NCBI GenBank assembly: GCA_964462925.1
Contig: CAYWZU010000001.1
Span: 23,440-87,439, forward strand
DNA: 64,000 bases
Source of the DNA: an uncultured bacterium
Lineage (GTDB): Bacteria; Chlamydiota; Chlamydiia; Chlamydiales; FEN-1388
Direction: 5' to 3'
In this document: positions 8,137 to 17,256 of the stretch, one piece after another
Position numbering within the stretch: position 1 is the stretch's first letter
Layout: every line of letters starts with the position of its first letter
Notes under the pieces: generated by a model
Databases searched by the model: none
The model's input: the letters and a program-made list of their open reading frames with translations, nothing else
What the model was told of the DNA's origin: nothing
Made by a program: the position numbers and the translations under genes

Positions 8137-11049
8137 TTAGTCCGTTATTGCATGCTCTAACCAAATATCTCGCCATGTGGTGCGATCATTATAGTCAGGA
8201 GCGGGTTTCGTGCTAAGTCCAAGTGGATAGGCCTCGATAATAGGAGCTACTCCAATATCTTGCCATTCCGTTTGGTCATACCAGCCAGGAAGAAGTACAT
8301 TCGGGACTGTTGCAGGCATTGGATTTACTAAATATCCATTGCGATCTGCATATAATCTTCCCGATTCAGCTCGCATATATGTAGCTGTTACTTCAAGGCC
8401 ATTTGCATCGACAAGATTATGAGACAATGTATTTATAGGAAGCCCATCTCGCTGTTTAGCGCTTGAATAGAGACGTCCATCAATATCTCCTATGATGCGT
8501 GCTGTAACATTTCTGCCCAAATCATGAACTGTACTATCTGGATCTGGCCCAAGGAAGTTATGTGGAAATATATCTCCGCTACTTGCAGCATGTGATGAAT
8601 CAAGGATAATAAGCTCAATTTCCTTTGTAGTCGATCGCACTACGCCATATGGAAAGACTCTTGCTGCTTCATCGCATTGCAAGACTTCCGGTGCAGGTGG
8701 TATTGAATGAAACACCGTCTGAATTCCAGACCCTGGAATTACTGTTGGATCGCTATATCCATTGCCAGGTGCCTCAATTGCTCTGACGTAGGCACCGACA
8801 CGATCGCCTCCAAAAAGCGTCCCCCAAGTTTGTGAAAATTCAAATCCGCCGCCATTATTTCGTATATCTATAATATATCGATCTGGCTGGTATTTATTGA
8901 GCTCTTCGATGAGTGAAGCCCATGCAGCAATATTATTGCTCAAGTATTTCGCTTTTATATCTTTGCGGCCAAAAGCAAGACTTCTGACTGTTAATGTCTC
9001 TACAGGTTCATCAAAAGCTGATTCATCAGCAACACGTAGATAAGCAACAGTCTTTCCATCAGAAAATTCAGGACGTACGATACCTCCATAAAAAGCAATC
9101 GATGCATATGGGTCAGCACCTGTCGAATTGGTTGCAAATATCCAGTTATACTGCATCCATTCATGTGTGCCATACTTATCCACGAGCGGTGCGGGAAAGG
9201 TCTGGAAATCGTTTGCTTTAAAAACAACCTTAGAGCCATTTGAAGTATATCCCTGATCAACAAGCATACTTGTTATTGGCTGCTCTGGATCTTCTTTTCC
9301 TGTCACAGTAAAGAAGATGTTTTTGACAGTGCTTCGATCGAGATAATTTTCTAGAACAATATCATAATCGAATGCTGCATCAAGAAATGGCGCTAAGCCA
9401 AGTCCAAAGGGATCATTAAGATTAAATGCTGGAATATTCAAACTGGAAGTAAGAGCTGGATTCCAGTACATAGAAAAGCCATTTGCCACATATGTTCTTG
9501 TGCGGCATGGAATGAGAGAAACAGCATCATTCGCAAGGCTCATCTGGAGCTCATCAAATGTTTCCGGCACAGAAATACCATCTTCATTATTTACCCAGAA
9601 ATAGATCCCCGTATGGGTGGTACCGCCAAAACTTGTTATAGCAAAATCGATCACTGCTGCCATAAAATCTCTGTATCCAATATCAGGTGTTATTGGACCA
9701 TGTTGAGCGACAAGTGTTGCAACGCCGTGTATATTTGGATCATAGCTTTCTGAAATACCTGATGAATCATAGATGATATGAAGGTATTGTTCACGAGATG
9801 TTGCATCTTGCCAAGGCTCCTGAGTGCTTAAGCTAACTGAAGATGGTGGAAATGCCGCCACCTTTTGCACGCCATTGAGCACTGCATAAGCGCCTAAAAA
9901 GCCAGAAATTTCCACAGTGCTGCACTGATTCATATGGTGAAAATCTGCAGTAGTAATAGTTGTTAATGGAAAATCAGCAGGATACTGCGTGCGCCATACG
10001 CCAATATAATTACCGCCGCGATATGCTGTACTTACCTCTGCCTCACGAATAAGGCCCGTTGTCAGCATAGTCTGCTGCAATGCCTCATATGCAGGCCAGC
10101 CAATAAAATTTTCTTGCTCGAGGCTTTGAGCTTTTTGCGGCTCACCCATGAGTTCATAATACTCTGCTATATAGGCAAACATCTCTACTGGATTTGTCCA
10201 ATCATGCTCAAGAGATGGAAGTCGATTCAATTGAATATCAGGCTTGTCTGCAAGACGGATAAAGCGAGAGAGTTCTGTATGGACCCCATATTTAGGGCTA
10301 TCACCTGTACCATCCCACGCTGTCCAGAACATTACATATGCAAGATTTTGATCTTCATCCTGAATTCTAAAGGTACTTGTAAGGTCATCTTTACTCAAAA
10401 TTGGTCCGTTATTTAAGAAACGGATGGACTTTGGACCTAGAACTTCTACAGGAATTACTGTTCCAACAGTAGAGGCAGGCAGGTTTTCATTAGCTGCATC
10501 ATTTGGAGTGACTTCACGTGGGTTATTTTGCGTACCATCATAAAATTTAGCATAAGGCTTGCCCTTATCCATAAAGAATTCGATTACTGTTTGGGCCTCG
10601 AAGTCATCAATGGAATTGAGCTGCCAAAACCCTTCAAAGTTTTTAAAATTTTTGCGAACGTCTCTTTTGTTATGGGAATTTGAGTCTGAAGAAGAATGAC
10701 TAGTGGATCCTTTAGAACCTTTGTTAGCTGCTATCTTCTTATTGCGAACTTTGGCTGTAATGAACTCTTGGATTTTTTCACCATACCCAAAATTCTTCTC
10801 TAAGGGATCTCTCCTTTTTTGTTCAGTAAAGAGCCTTTTGAACATTTGAGCTTTTGTTTCGCCATCCTTTCTCAGCGTTTTAGCTTGTACTTTAGCCTTG
10901 GAGGGAGGCGCGACATGCACTTTTTTATCCTGCTTCTTACCTTCCTGCTTTTTTTGAAGCAGCCTTGGTGCTTGTGCTGGATTATCAGCAAAGCCAGAGA
11001 CAGACAATGCAAAGCTTAGTGACAAAGCATATCCAAATATAAATTTCAT
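8137..11049 (-). CDS. secreted peptidase S41-family (tail-specific/CPAF-like) protein, 970 aa
   Basis: Signal peptide MKFIFGYALSLSFALSVSGFA with a strong AGGAG RBS. IIDIRNNGGGFEF (about nt 8838-8880) matches the S41 DxRxNxGG motif. LILDSSHAASSGDIF (about nt 8566-8616) matches the Ser-containing S41 motif. A long N-terminal extension includes a basic low-complexity region. Confidence 0.6.
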   Translation of the reverse strand: MKFIFGYALSLSFALSVSGFADNPAQAPRLLQKKQEGKKQDKKVHVAPPSKAKVQAKTLRKDGETKAQMFKRLFTEQKRRDPLEKNFGYGEKIQEFITAKVRNKKIAANKGSKGSTSHSSSDSNSHNKRDVRKNFKNFEGFWQLNSIDDFEAQTVIEFFMDKGKPYAKFYDGTQNNPREVTPNDAANENLPASTVGTVIPVEVLGPKSIRFLNNGPILSKDDLTSTFRIQDEDQNLAYVMFWTAWDGTGDSPKYGVHTELSRFIRLADKPDIQLNRLPSLEHDWTNPVEMFAYIAEYYELMGEPQKAQSLEQENFIGWPAYEALQQTMLTTGLIREAEVSTAYRGGNYIGVWRTQYPADFPLTTITTADFHHMNQCSTVEISGFLGAYAVLNGVQKVAAFPPSSVSLSTQEPWQDATSREQYLHIIYDSSGISESYDPNIHGVATLVAQHGPITPDIGYRDFMAAVIDFAITSFGGTTHTGIYFWVNNEDGISVPETFDELQMSLANDAVSLIPCRTRTYVANGFSMYWNPALTSSLNIPAFNLNDPFGLGLAPFLDAAFDYDIVLENYLDRSTVKNIFFTVTGKEDPEQPITSMLVDQGYTSNGSKVVFKANDFQTFPAPLVDKYGTHEWMQYNWIFATNSTGADPYASIAFYGGIVRPEFSDGKTVAYLRVADESAFDEPVETLTVRSLAFGRKDIKAKYLSNNIAAWASLIEELNKYQPDRYIIDIRNNGGGFEFSQTWGTLFGGDRVGAYVRAIEAPGNGYSDPTVIPGSGIQTVFHSIPPAPEVLQCDEAARVFPYGVVRSTTKEIELIILDSSHAASSGDIFPHNFLGPDPDSTVHDLGRNVTARIIGDIDGRLYSSAKQRDGLPINTLSHNLVDANGLEVTATYMRAESGRLYADRNGYLVNPMPATVPNVLLPGWYDQTEWQDIGVAPIIEAYPLGLSTKPAPDYNDRTTWRDIWLEHAITD

Positions 11050-11196
11050 ATCACTCCTAAGTAAAAATTTAAGACGAAGTCGACAATGCCAAGATACTCA
11101 AATTTACTCAAGAAATAAAAAAATGGCTAAACACTGTTTACCAGCTATAAATGTTTTTTAATTTTCTGGAATGCCACTCTTAGGTATAGTGGTGGC

Positions 11197-12171
11197 ATGA
11201 ATTTTGGATGGCAGATGAAAAGGGCTCTTTTTGTAGTTATATTTCAGGTTTTTTCACTTTGGGCAGAGCCAAAAGTTGCGCTTGTAGTTGCAGATCCCTT
11301 TATTAAAAATGCCATTGTAAATCGACTGCAGATGGAGGGCATGGGAGAAATTCGCGATTATTCCCCTGAACTTGCGATTGATTTTACAGACTTCATGCCA
11401 GACTATGTTATTATTGACGGCAGCACAAAGAGCGCCGCAGATAGCATGATCATAGACGCTAAGGCCCTTGCCGCAAGCTATGCAGTACGAGCAAAAAAAA
11501 CGCTACTTCTCAGCTCATCTGAAGTCTACCCAGAAAGAGCGGCGATTCCCCTTCGAGAAGATATCCTTGCAGACATTGAATTAGACGAGCTTAAAAACCC
11601 CTACCAAATTGCAAAGCTATCCTGTCTCAAGCAGTGTAGAGACTATAATGGCCTAAAAAATCCACGCTTTATTCTCTGTCCCTACGCACTGCTAGCAGGA
11701 GCACACGCAACAGGCTTTGATCAATTTTCAACAGATCCTATTAAAAACATCTCTGCACGGATCCTCAAAGCAAAAGCAGAAAATAGAGATTTTGCTCTCG
11801 TATCTAATGACGGAAAGGCATCTTACGAAGTTATCCATGTTGATGATCTTGCATCTGCAGTTGTCTTCTTACTCACACAACAAGATCTAGAAGATGATGT
11901 TATTAACATCGGCTATGGCAGAGATACTAATATAAAACTTCTTGCAGAGTACATCAGACATCACCTGAAGTTTGAGCAAAAAATCATCTATGATGTAACA
12001 AGCTTTGATGATATTCCTCGAAGAGTTCTCGATACAAAGCGGCTTACGGCCCTTGGCTGGTATCCATCATGGAATACACAAGACCTTCTTAAAGACACTG
12101 TCCTTTGGTTAGAAAAAGAGCACAAAATAGCCTGTAAAAAGAGCAGAGATTCAAAATTCACCCTCCCATGA
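11197..12171 (+). CDS. GDP-L-fucose synthase (Fcl/WcaG)-like SDR protein, divergent, with apparently degenerate cofactor and catalytic motifs
   Basis: Collinear by eye with E. coli Fcl over the full length: LLLSSSEVYP vs LLFLGSSCIYP, NPYQIAK vs EPYAIAK, VIHVDDLASA vs FLHVDDMAAA, LDTKRLTALGWYP vs LDVTRLHQLGWYH. The N-terminal GxxGxxG is replaced by VVADPFIKNAI, and there is a hydrophobic N-terminus. Confidence 0.6.
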   Translation: MNFGWQMKRALFVVIFQVFSLWAEPKVALVVADPFIKNAIVNRLQMEGMGEIRDYSPELAIDFTDFMPDYVIIDGSTKSAADSMIIDAKALAASYAVRAKKTLLLSSSEVYPERAAIPLREDILADIELDELKNPYQIAKLSCLKQCRDYNGLKNPRFILCPYALLAGAHATGFDQFSTDPIKNISARILKAKAENRDFALVSNDGKASYEVIHVDDLASAVVFLLTQQDLEDDVINIGYGRDTNIKLLAEYIRHHLKFEQKIIYDVTSFDDIPRRVLDTKRLTALGWYPSWNTQDLLKDTVLWLEKEHKIACKKSRDSKFTLP

Positions 12172-12175
12172 GGTA

Positions 12176-13237
12176 TTGCCTATGTGTAGTTATATCGACA
12201 GAGCAAGTACACAAGTTCAATGGACATTTATTACTTCCTATGAAAAGGCATCAGAGCTTGCAGTGCGAATAGCACGCGTTGTCGATGCTGCTTTTGAATT
12301 ATTAGAAAATGGGCTCTTACATGTAAAAAGAGGTATCACATGCTGCTTAAGAGGACTTTTTAGAGCCTTAGTAGCTAGGGTATACATGTACTCTCTCAAC
12401 GAGCTTACAGGCGATGAACATCGCGATTTTGCAAATCATAAAATAGAAAAGCTTAAAGAAAAAGGGTCCATTGTTACAGAAAGCCCTTTTCCAACATCTT
12501 TAAAAGCCTCTCTCTCTACTATCAGCCTGGTACATACATTAGTAACAAATCCTGAAAGACGCTCTCTCATATACTTTCCAGGACAGTATGAAATCTGGCA
12601 AAGCGCGATCGATTTTTTAGGCAAGCTCCATCTGGAAGCTGGCATAAACGTCTATGCGATAAACTACCGAGGCACAGGCACATCTACAGGGTTTCCAGAA
12701 ACAGAAGAGCTTATGCTTGAAGATGCCCATGCATACATACAATCATGCAATCTCCCTAAAGAATCAGTTATCCTAGCAGGATCTGACATAGGCGCAGCTA
12801 TTGCAACAAAACTAGGCTCAAAGCATAGCTACGATATTGTATCTATTCGCTCATTTCGCTCGATGACAAAACTCATTCAAGCAACTTTTCCCATTTTTTC
12901 CAATTTCTTTGCAGAATTTGCAAGAGGACTTCACTGGTCGTTTGATGTTGAAAGTGATCTTAAGAACCATACGAGAAATTTTGTATGTGTCTATTCAGAA
13001 CATGACACCCTTATCCCATTTGAGCAAAGCGTAAGAGCTTTCATCGAAGAAGAAAAAGAAGAGGCATTCCCCTCATCAAAAATACACACCATAAAGCTTG
13101 ATGAGGCAGATTTCTTTGAAGAGTCTCCACAGCTTGCAGAAGACCCAGACTGTAACCCTCACGTTCGCCCCTTTACAACAAAGGAACGAGGAGAGCTTGT
13201 CCGGGCCATAACGGCAATCTGGAATAGCGCCCATTAA
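12176..13237 (+). CDS. alpha/beta-hydrolase-fold protein
   Basis: Nucleophile-elbow context VILAGSDIGAAIA (nt 12779-12793 encode GSDIG), plus an alpha/beta-hydrolase-like block FPGQYEIW...VYAINYRGTG. The track start is a TTG at 12176; the first ATG is at 12182. Confidence 0.5.
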   Translation: MPMCSYIDRASTQVQWTFITSYEKASELAVRIARVVDAAFELLENGLLHVKRGITCCLRGLFRALVARVYMYSLNELTGDEHRDFANHKIEKLKEKGSIVTESPFPTSLKASLSTISLVHTLVTNPERRSLIYFPGQYEIWQSAIDFLGKLHLEAGINVYAINYRGTGTSTGFPETEELMLEDAHAYIQSCNLPKESVILAGSDIGAAIATKLGSKHSYDIVSIRSFRSMTKLIQATFPIFSNFFAEFARGLHWSFDVESDLKNHTRNFVCVYSEHDTLIPFEQSVRAFIEEEKEEAFPSSKIHTIKLDEADFFEESPQLAEDPDCNPHVRPFTTKERGELVRAITAIWNSAH

Positions 13238-13755
13238 TTGTTCACTGCCACAAAAACTTCGACATCTTTTGAAGTACCAGAGCTAAAGGCTTCGCCGTAG
13301 CGCTCATAATCGCCAGTATAGGTGCGCTTTAGGTCGGCAGTCCATATAGTATTCCAAGTTTTTACAACGCTTGCGGGAAACTCCCCTGTTGCTAAAAATC
13401 GCTCGTAAGTCCCGCCTGGGATTATTTTAGCTACCATGCCTTCGGGGATTGTTTCTTTTGATGAAACTGGACAGCCGATAACAAGCGAGTAGGGCTTTGT
13501 AAAATCGCCTTCATAATCACAGTACAGGGCAATAACATCATGAGATATTTTGTTTGGGATTGCTAGAGCCGTACCTTCAGCATAGAAGCGTTGCCAAAGC
13601 TTTGGGATGTCTACAGATGCAGCATCTACAGCGTTAGAGGTTTTGCAGGCGATTCCTATGATTGTAATCGACTCTTTCTCTACAGTCTCACTCATAATTT
13701 TCTCCATTGGGATAAGTGCTAGTGCTGCTGCAACTATTTTAGCTAACATTTTCAT
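13234..13755 (-). CDS. GyrI-like / effector-binding-domain protein
   Basis: IPKLWQRFY, ALYCDYEGD...YSLVIGCPV and IPGGTYERF...W.TIW are typical of the GyrI-like small-molecule-binding fold. Alternative internal starts exist at 13707 and 13695. Confidence 0.55.
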   Translation of the reverse strand: MKMLAKIVAAALALIPMEKIMSETVEKESITIIGIACKTSNAVDAASVDIPKLWQRFYAEGTALAIPNKISHDVIALYCDYEGDFTKPYSLVIGCPVSSKETIPEGMVAKIIPGGTYERFLATGEFPASVVKTWNTIWTADLKRTYTGDYERYGEAFSSGTSKDVEVFVAVNN

Positions 13756-14365
13756 TATATTGTCCTTTTTTTAAAGCTCTTCCAAGGCGCAGCATTGTGG
13801 CGCCGCATTCGATTGCAATTTTATAGTCATCAGACATTCCCATAGAGGTTTCAGAAAAGTGCAAAAGGGCATAGCGACTTTGCAAAGATTCTTGAAGCTC
13901 TTTTGTCTTGCTAAAGCAAAGTCTTGCAGATTCTGGATCATCTTTAGGAGCCATGGTCATAAGGCCTCTAAGCTTTACATGTGGGAGCTCTACTAAGAAA
14001 GGAAACACATCTTCTAGCTCTTTGACACTAAAGCCATGTTTGCTTTCTTCTCCTGAGATATTTACTTGCAGGAGAATCTCTTGACAAATGCCCATCAGAT
14101 GTGATGCCTTTGAGATCTTTTCAGCAAGCTCAACACTATCTACAGAATGAATAAGAACAAATCGGCCTACTACTTTGGAAACTTTCTTTGACTGAAGGGT
14201 GCCAATAAAATGCCATTTGCAGTCTGGCGGAAGCTTTGCCATTTTTGCCTCAGCCTCCTGAAGGCGAGATTCGCCAAAATGGCGATAGCATTTGTCATAG
14301 AGAGCTTTTATCTCATCAATTGTAAAGCCTTTTGTAACTGCTACAACAAGCGGCTTACTATCCAT
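13739..14365 (-). CDS. yggS: YggS-family pyridoxal-phosphate homeostasis protein
   Basis: FGESRLQEAEAKM, WHFIGTLQSKKV, IHSVDS, LLQVNISGEESKHGF, LRGLMTMAP and SMGMSDDYKIAIECGATMLRLG are diagnostic YggS/PROSC blocks. Confidence 0.9.
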   Translation of the reverse strand: MDSKPLVVAVTKGFTIDEIKALYDKCYRHFGESRLQEAEAKMAKLPPDCKWHFIGTLQSKKVSKVVGRFVLIHSVDSVELAEKISKASHLMGICQEILLQVNISGEESKHGFSVKELEDVFPFLVELPHVKLRGLMTMAPKDDPESARLCFSKTKELQESLQSRYALLHFSETSMGMSDDYKIAIECGATMLRLGRALKKGQYNENVS

Positions 14366-14771
14366 TCCAGGGAAAGGGGCTTTTACGGTTACTTACAGGC
14401 TGTGAAAACACCTCATAGGACAAAAAGATAAGCTTTTTATCGGGAAGCGACTTCATAAGTTCATGAATATTTGCCTTCTTCTTTGACTTTACGACAGCGC
14501 CTTCAGTATTTTGAAGAGAAGAGACGTAGTCATCGAGCTTTGTGTGAAACTCGTAGGGACTTTCTTTCTCTTGTGTAGCTTGTTTGACGATTTGAGGCTT
14601 CGGAACTGGAGGAGGGACCCGGATTTCCTCCTCTTCTTCATCCTCTTCGTCATAGTAGTCATCTTGATGCTGTCGCTCTCTTTCACGCTTTGCATTTTTT
14701 GCGATAGAAATAAAGCTATAAATCACAGCGATAATGGCGATGACTAGTGACAAAAGATCATCAGCGTTCAA
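14358..14771 (-). CDS. small membrane-anchored protein with an acidic run, 137 aa
   Basis: One N-terminal TM segment ([19 protein letters not shown]), then [13 protein letters not shown]. The TTG start overlaps the floA stop. It occupies the position immediately downstream of floA. Confidence 0.45.
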   Translation of the reverse strand: MNADDLLSLVIAIIAVIYSFISIAKNAKRERERQHQDDYYDEEDEEEEEIRVPPPVPKPQIVKQATQEKESPYEFHTKLDDYVSSLQNTEGAVVKSKKKANIHELMKSLPDKKLIFLSYEVFSQPVSNRKSPFPWNG

Positions 14772-15754
14772 GGTGCTGCTCCCTGGCCGCCAAGCTCTTT
14801 TCTCATGCGAGTATCTGCCTGTAGGTTATCCATGCGAAGGTAGTCCATAAATCCAAGCTTTCCTTGGCGAAGAGCATCTGCCATAGCTTGTGGAACTGCA
14901 GCTTGCGCTTCGATGTACTTTGCTTCCATCTCTTTAACTTTGGCGCTATTTTCCTGCTCAGCGGCAACTGCCATAGCACGTCTCTCTTCAGCTTTTGCCT
15001 GAGCAATGCGCTTATCAGACTCTGCCTTATCAGCACGAAGTTTTGCCCCAATATTTTCGCCAATTGCAATGTCGGCAATATCGATAGACAAAATTTCAAA
15101 GGCAGTTTGCGCATCAAGGCCTTTATCAAGCACGCGCTTAGAGATAAGCTGCGGATTTTCAAGAACGAGTAGATGGTTTTCTGCGGCGCCTATCGCTCCT
15201 ATGATGCCTTCGCCGACTCTTGCGATAATTGTCTCTTCGGTAGCTCCACCAACAAGCTGGGCTATATTTGTACGTACTGTGACACGGGCGCGGCATTTAA
15301 GCTGAACGCCGTCCTTTGCAACACCTGTAATATAATCTCCGCGGCTTCTATCTGGGCAGTCAATGACTTTTGGATTTACAGATGTGCGTACGGCATCTAA
15401 AATATCGCGGCCTGCAAGGTCAATTGCAGTAGCTCTCTTCCAATCAAGAGGGATATTTGCCTTTTCTGCGGCAATAAGTGCTGCAACGACATCTAAAACA
15501 CGGCCGCCTGCAAGATAGTGCGTCTCAAGATCTGCGACGTTAAATTGTTTAAGGCCTGCTTTATAGGCATTAATGTGGGCATTGACGATGATACGAGGAG
15601 GAATTTTCCTCAAACTCATCCCAATAATATTAAAAAGTGAAATCGGCGTCCCAGAAACCAGTGCCTGAAACCAGAGGCTAATATATCGCCCAAGGATAAC
15701 CACTAAGATAAATGCGATAATAGCAAGCAGTATCAACAAAAACGAAAATTCCAT
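14768..15754 (-). CDS. floA: flotillin-like protein FloA (UPF0365/YqfA family)
   Basis: Near full-length similarity by eye to B. subtilis Yqf[82 protein letters not shown]. Confidence 0.93.
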   Translation of the reverse strand: MEFSFLLILLAIIAFILVVILGRYISLWFQALVSGTPISLFNIIGMSLRKIPPRIIVNAHINAYKAGLKQFNVADLETHYLAGGRVLDVVAALIAAEKANIPLDWKRATAIDLAGRDILDAVRTSVNPKVIDCPDRSRGDYITGVAKDGVQLKCRARVTVRTNIAQLVGGATEETIIARVGEGIIGAIGAAENHLLVLENPQLISKRVLDKGLDAQTAFEILSIDIADIAIGENIGAKLRADKAESDKRIAQAKAEERRAMAVAAEQENSAKVKEMEAKYIEAQAAVPQAMADALRQGKLGFMDYLRMDNLQADTRMRKELGGQGAAP

Positions 15755-15913
15755 AAGAAGAGGCCTTTTTTAGCTTGATTTTGGTTGTTTTTACCCTAAA
15801 TTTCAAGTGAAAAGCAGGATGCCAAGATCTCTGCTACCGTATTTCTTGCGGTAAACAGCCACTCAGATAAGTGATACTCTTATTGGTAGTATTTACTTAC
15901 CAAAAGGATCACC

Positions 15914-16765
15914 ATGTCAATACAAACTGGCAGCTGCCGCTACATTTTTTCTGATGAATCAGCAATCGAAAAAGAAAGGCTTAAAAGACTAAATGAGCTT
16001 TATAACAAAAACACAGTAGCTATTTTAGAACCAAATTTGCACCAAGCAGCTAGCGTGCTTGAGATCGGCCCCGGAACAGGCGAGATAGGCAGGTGGATTG
16101 CAGAGCAAGTTGGCCAAAAAAACTATACTGCACTTGATAGTAGCGTTGAAAATATTGATGTTCTTAGAAAGATATTGCCAGATGCCACCTGTATCGCAGG
16201 GTCCGTAGTAGACATTGATCGCCTGCCAGAATTACAAGGCAAAAAGTTTGATGTTATCTTCCTTCGCTGGGTTTTAGCCTATATTCCAAAAGAACAGGTC
16301 CTGTCCACGATACAGATACTTTTTGATAAGTTTTTAGAGGAGCGGGGGGCGCTTATTTGTGAGGAGTGCAATGTATACAAAGTACATTGCATTACAAATG
16401 ATGCAAATCGCACTCGAGCTCATGTGAAGGCCTATGCAGATTGGCTAGAGCTTACTCGAGATGTTCAGGCACTTGAAGGCATTCATGCAGATTTTGGCAT
16501 TGGCCAAACACTAAAAAATCATTTTGTTCAACTAAACGCAGAACTTTCTCAACATACGTTTCAGCGAGCGCTGGATGATCAGTATACTAAAGAAATTCCG
16601 GTTCTTGCTATGAAGGCCGCAAAAACATTTTTAGTCTCCAAAAAGGTCAGAAATGAAGCGGAACTCGAGCAGCTGACAGAGCAATTAGCAGAAGTAGCAA
16701 TAGACCCTGCTATCACTGTAAAGTATCTGAAAAATACAGCGATAGTAGCAAAGAAAAAGCAGTAA
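15914..16765 (+). CDS. class I SAM-dependent methyltransferase
   Basis: SAM-binding motif I VLEIGPGTGEIG, followed by acidic ALDSS and a FDVIFLRWVL post-I/II pattern. Confidence 0.7.
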   Translation: MSIQTGSCRYIFSDESAIEKERLKRLNELYNKNTVAILEPNLHQAASVLEIGPGTGEIGRWIAEQVGQKNYTALDSSVENIDVLRKILPDATCIAGSVVDIDRLPELQGKKFDVIFLRWVLAYIPKEQVLSTIQILFDKFLEERGALICEECNVYKVHCITNDANRTRAHVKAYADWLELTRDVQALEGIHADFGIGQTLKNHFVQLNAELSQHTFQRALDDQYTKEIPVLAMKAAKTFLVSKKVRNEAELEQLTEQLAEVAIDPAITVKYLKNTAIVAKKKQ

Positions 16766-16797
16766 GATGAGGGCCAGCCGTGCACGGGTCCTTACGT

Positions 16798-17256
16798 TTA
16801 TTTGCTTCGGACGATGTAATTGCCAAGTTCTTTGCCTATTACTTCGATTTGGGTGCCTTTATCAAGGTATGGGCCTCTGCAGATGATTGGATATCTTCTG
16901 CCATCGATGAGGCCGTAGCCTGATGGGCCGCACTCGGTTGTAGTCACTCCCTGCTTGCCTATTATATCTGCGTGGAGATCTTGGGCAGTGTATCCCTCTT
17001 GATCTTTTGAAAGGAAGAATGTGTCTTTATTTGCAGATTTTTTAATACGGCTAATGGCTATACGTATTGTGGCAAAGATTCCTATGCAGCATGCCACAAA
17101 AAAAAGTGTCGTTGCAACCACCGACGTCGAAGTTGAAAAAAAGGTAGCAAGCGCAGCAAAGATGAAAATTGCACTAGCTACTGCAAAGGCGCCGCCTGGC
17201 AGGTAAAATTCAAGCCAAAGAAAAAATAATCCAAGTATGAGAAAAATATATGCCAT
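16798..17256 (-). CDS. NfeD-family protein (short form: membrane anchor plus C-terminal OB-fold)
   Basis: Two or three N-terminal TM segments, then GKQGVTTTECGPSGYGLIDGRRYPIICRG...GTQIEVIG, typical of the NfeD C-terminal domain. Its ATG overlaps the upstream stop (TAATG). Confidence 0.75.
   Translation of the reverse strand: MAYIFLILGLFFLWLEFYLPGGAFAVASAIFIFAALATFFSTSTSVVATTLFFVACCIGIFATIRIAISRIKKSANKDTFFLSKDQEGYTAQDLHADIIGKQGVTTTECGPSGYGLIDGRRYPIICRGPYLDKGTQIEVIGKELGNYIVRSK

Noticed and set aside
14600-14665. Apparent short tandem repeat (cctcttc/tcatc units)
   Set aside because: It is simply the coding sequence of an acidic DEEDEEEEE run in the 137-aa protein. It is not a DNA-level repeat array or a CRISPR-like structure.
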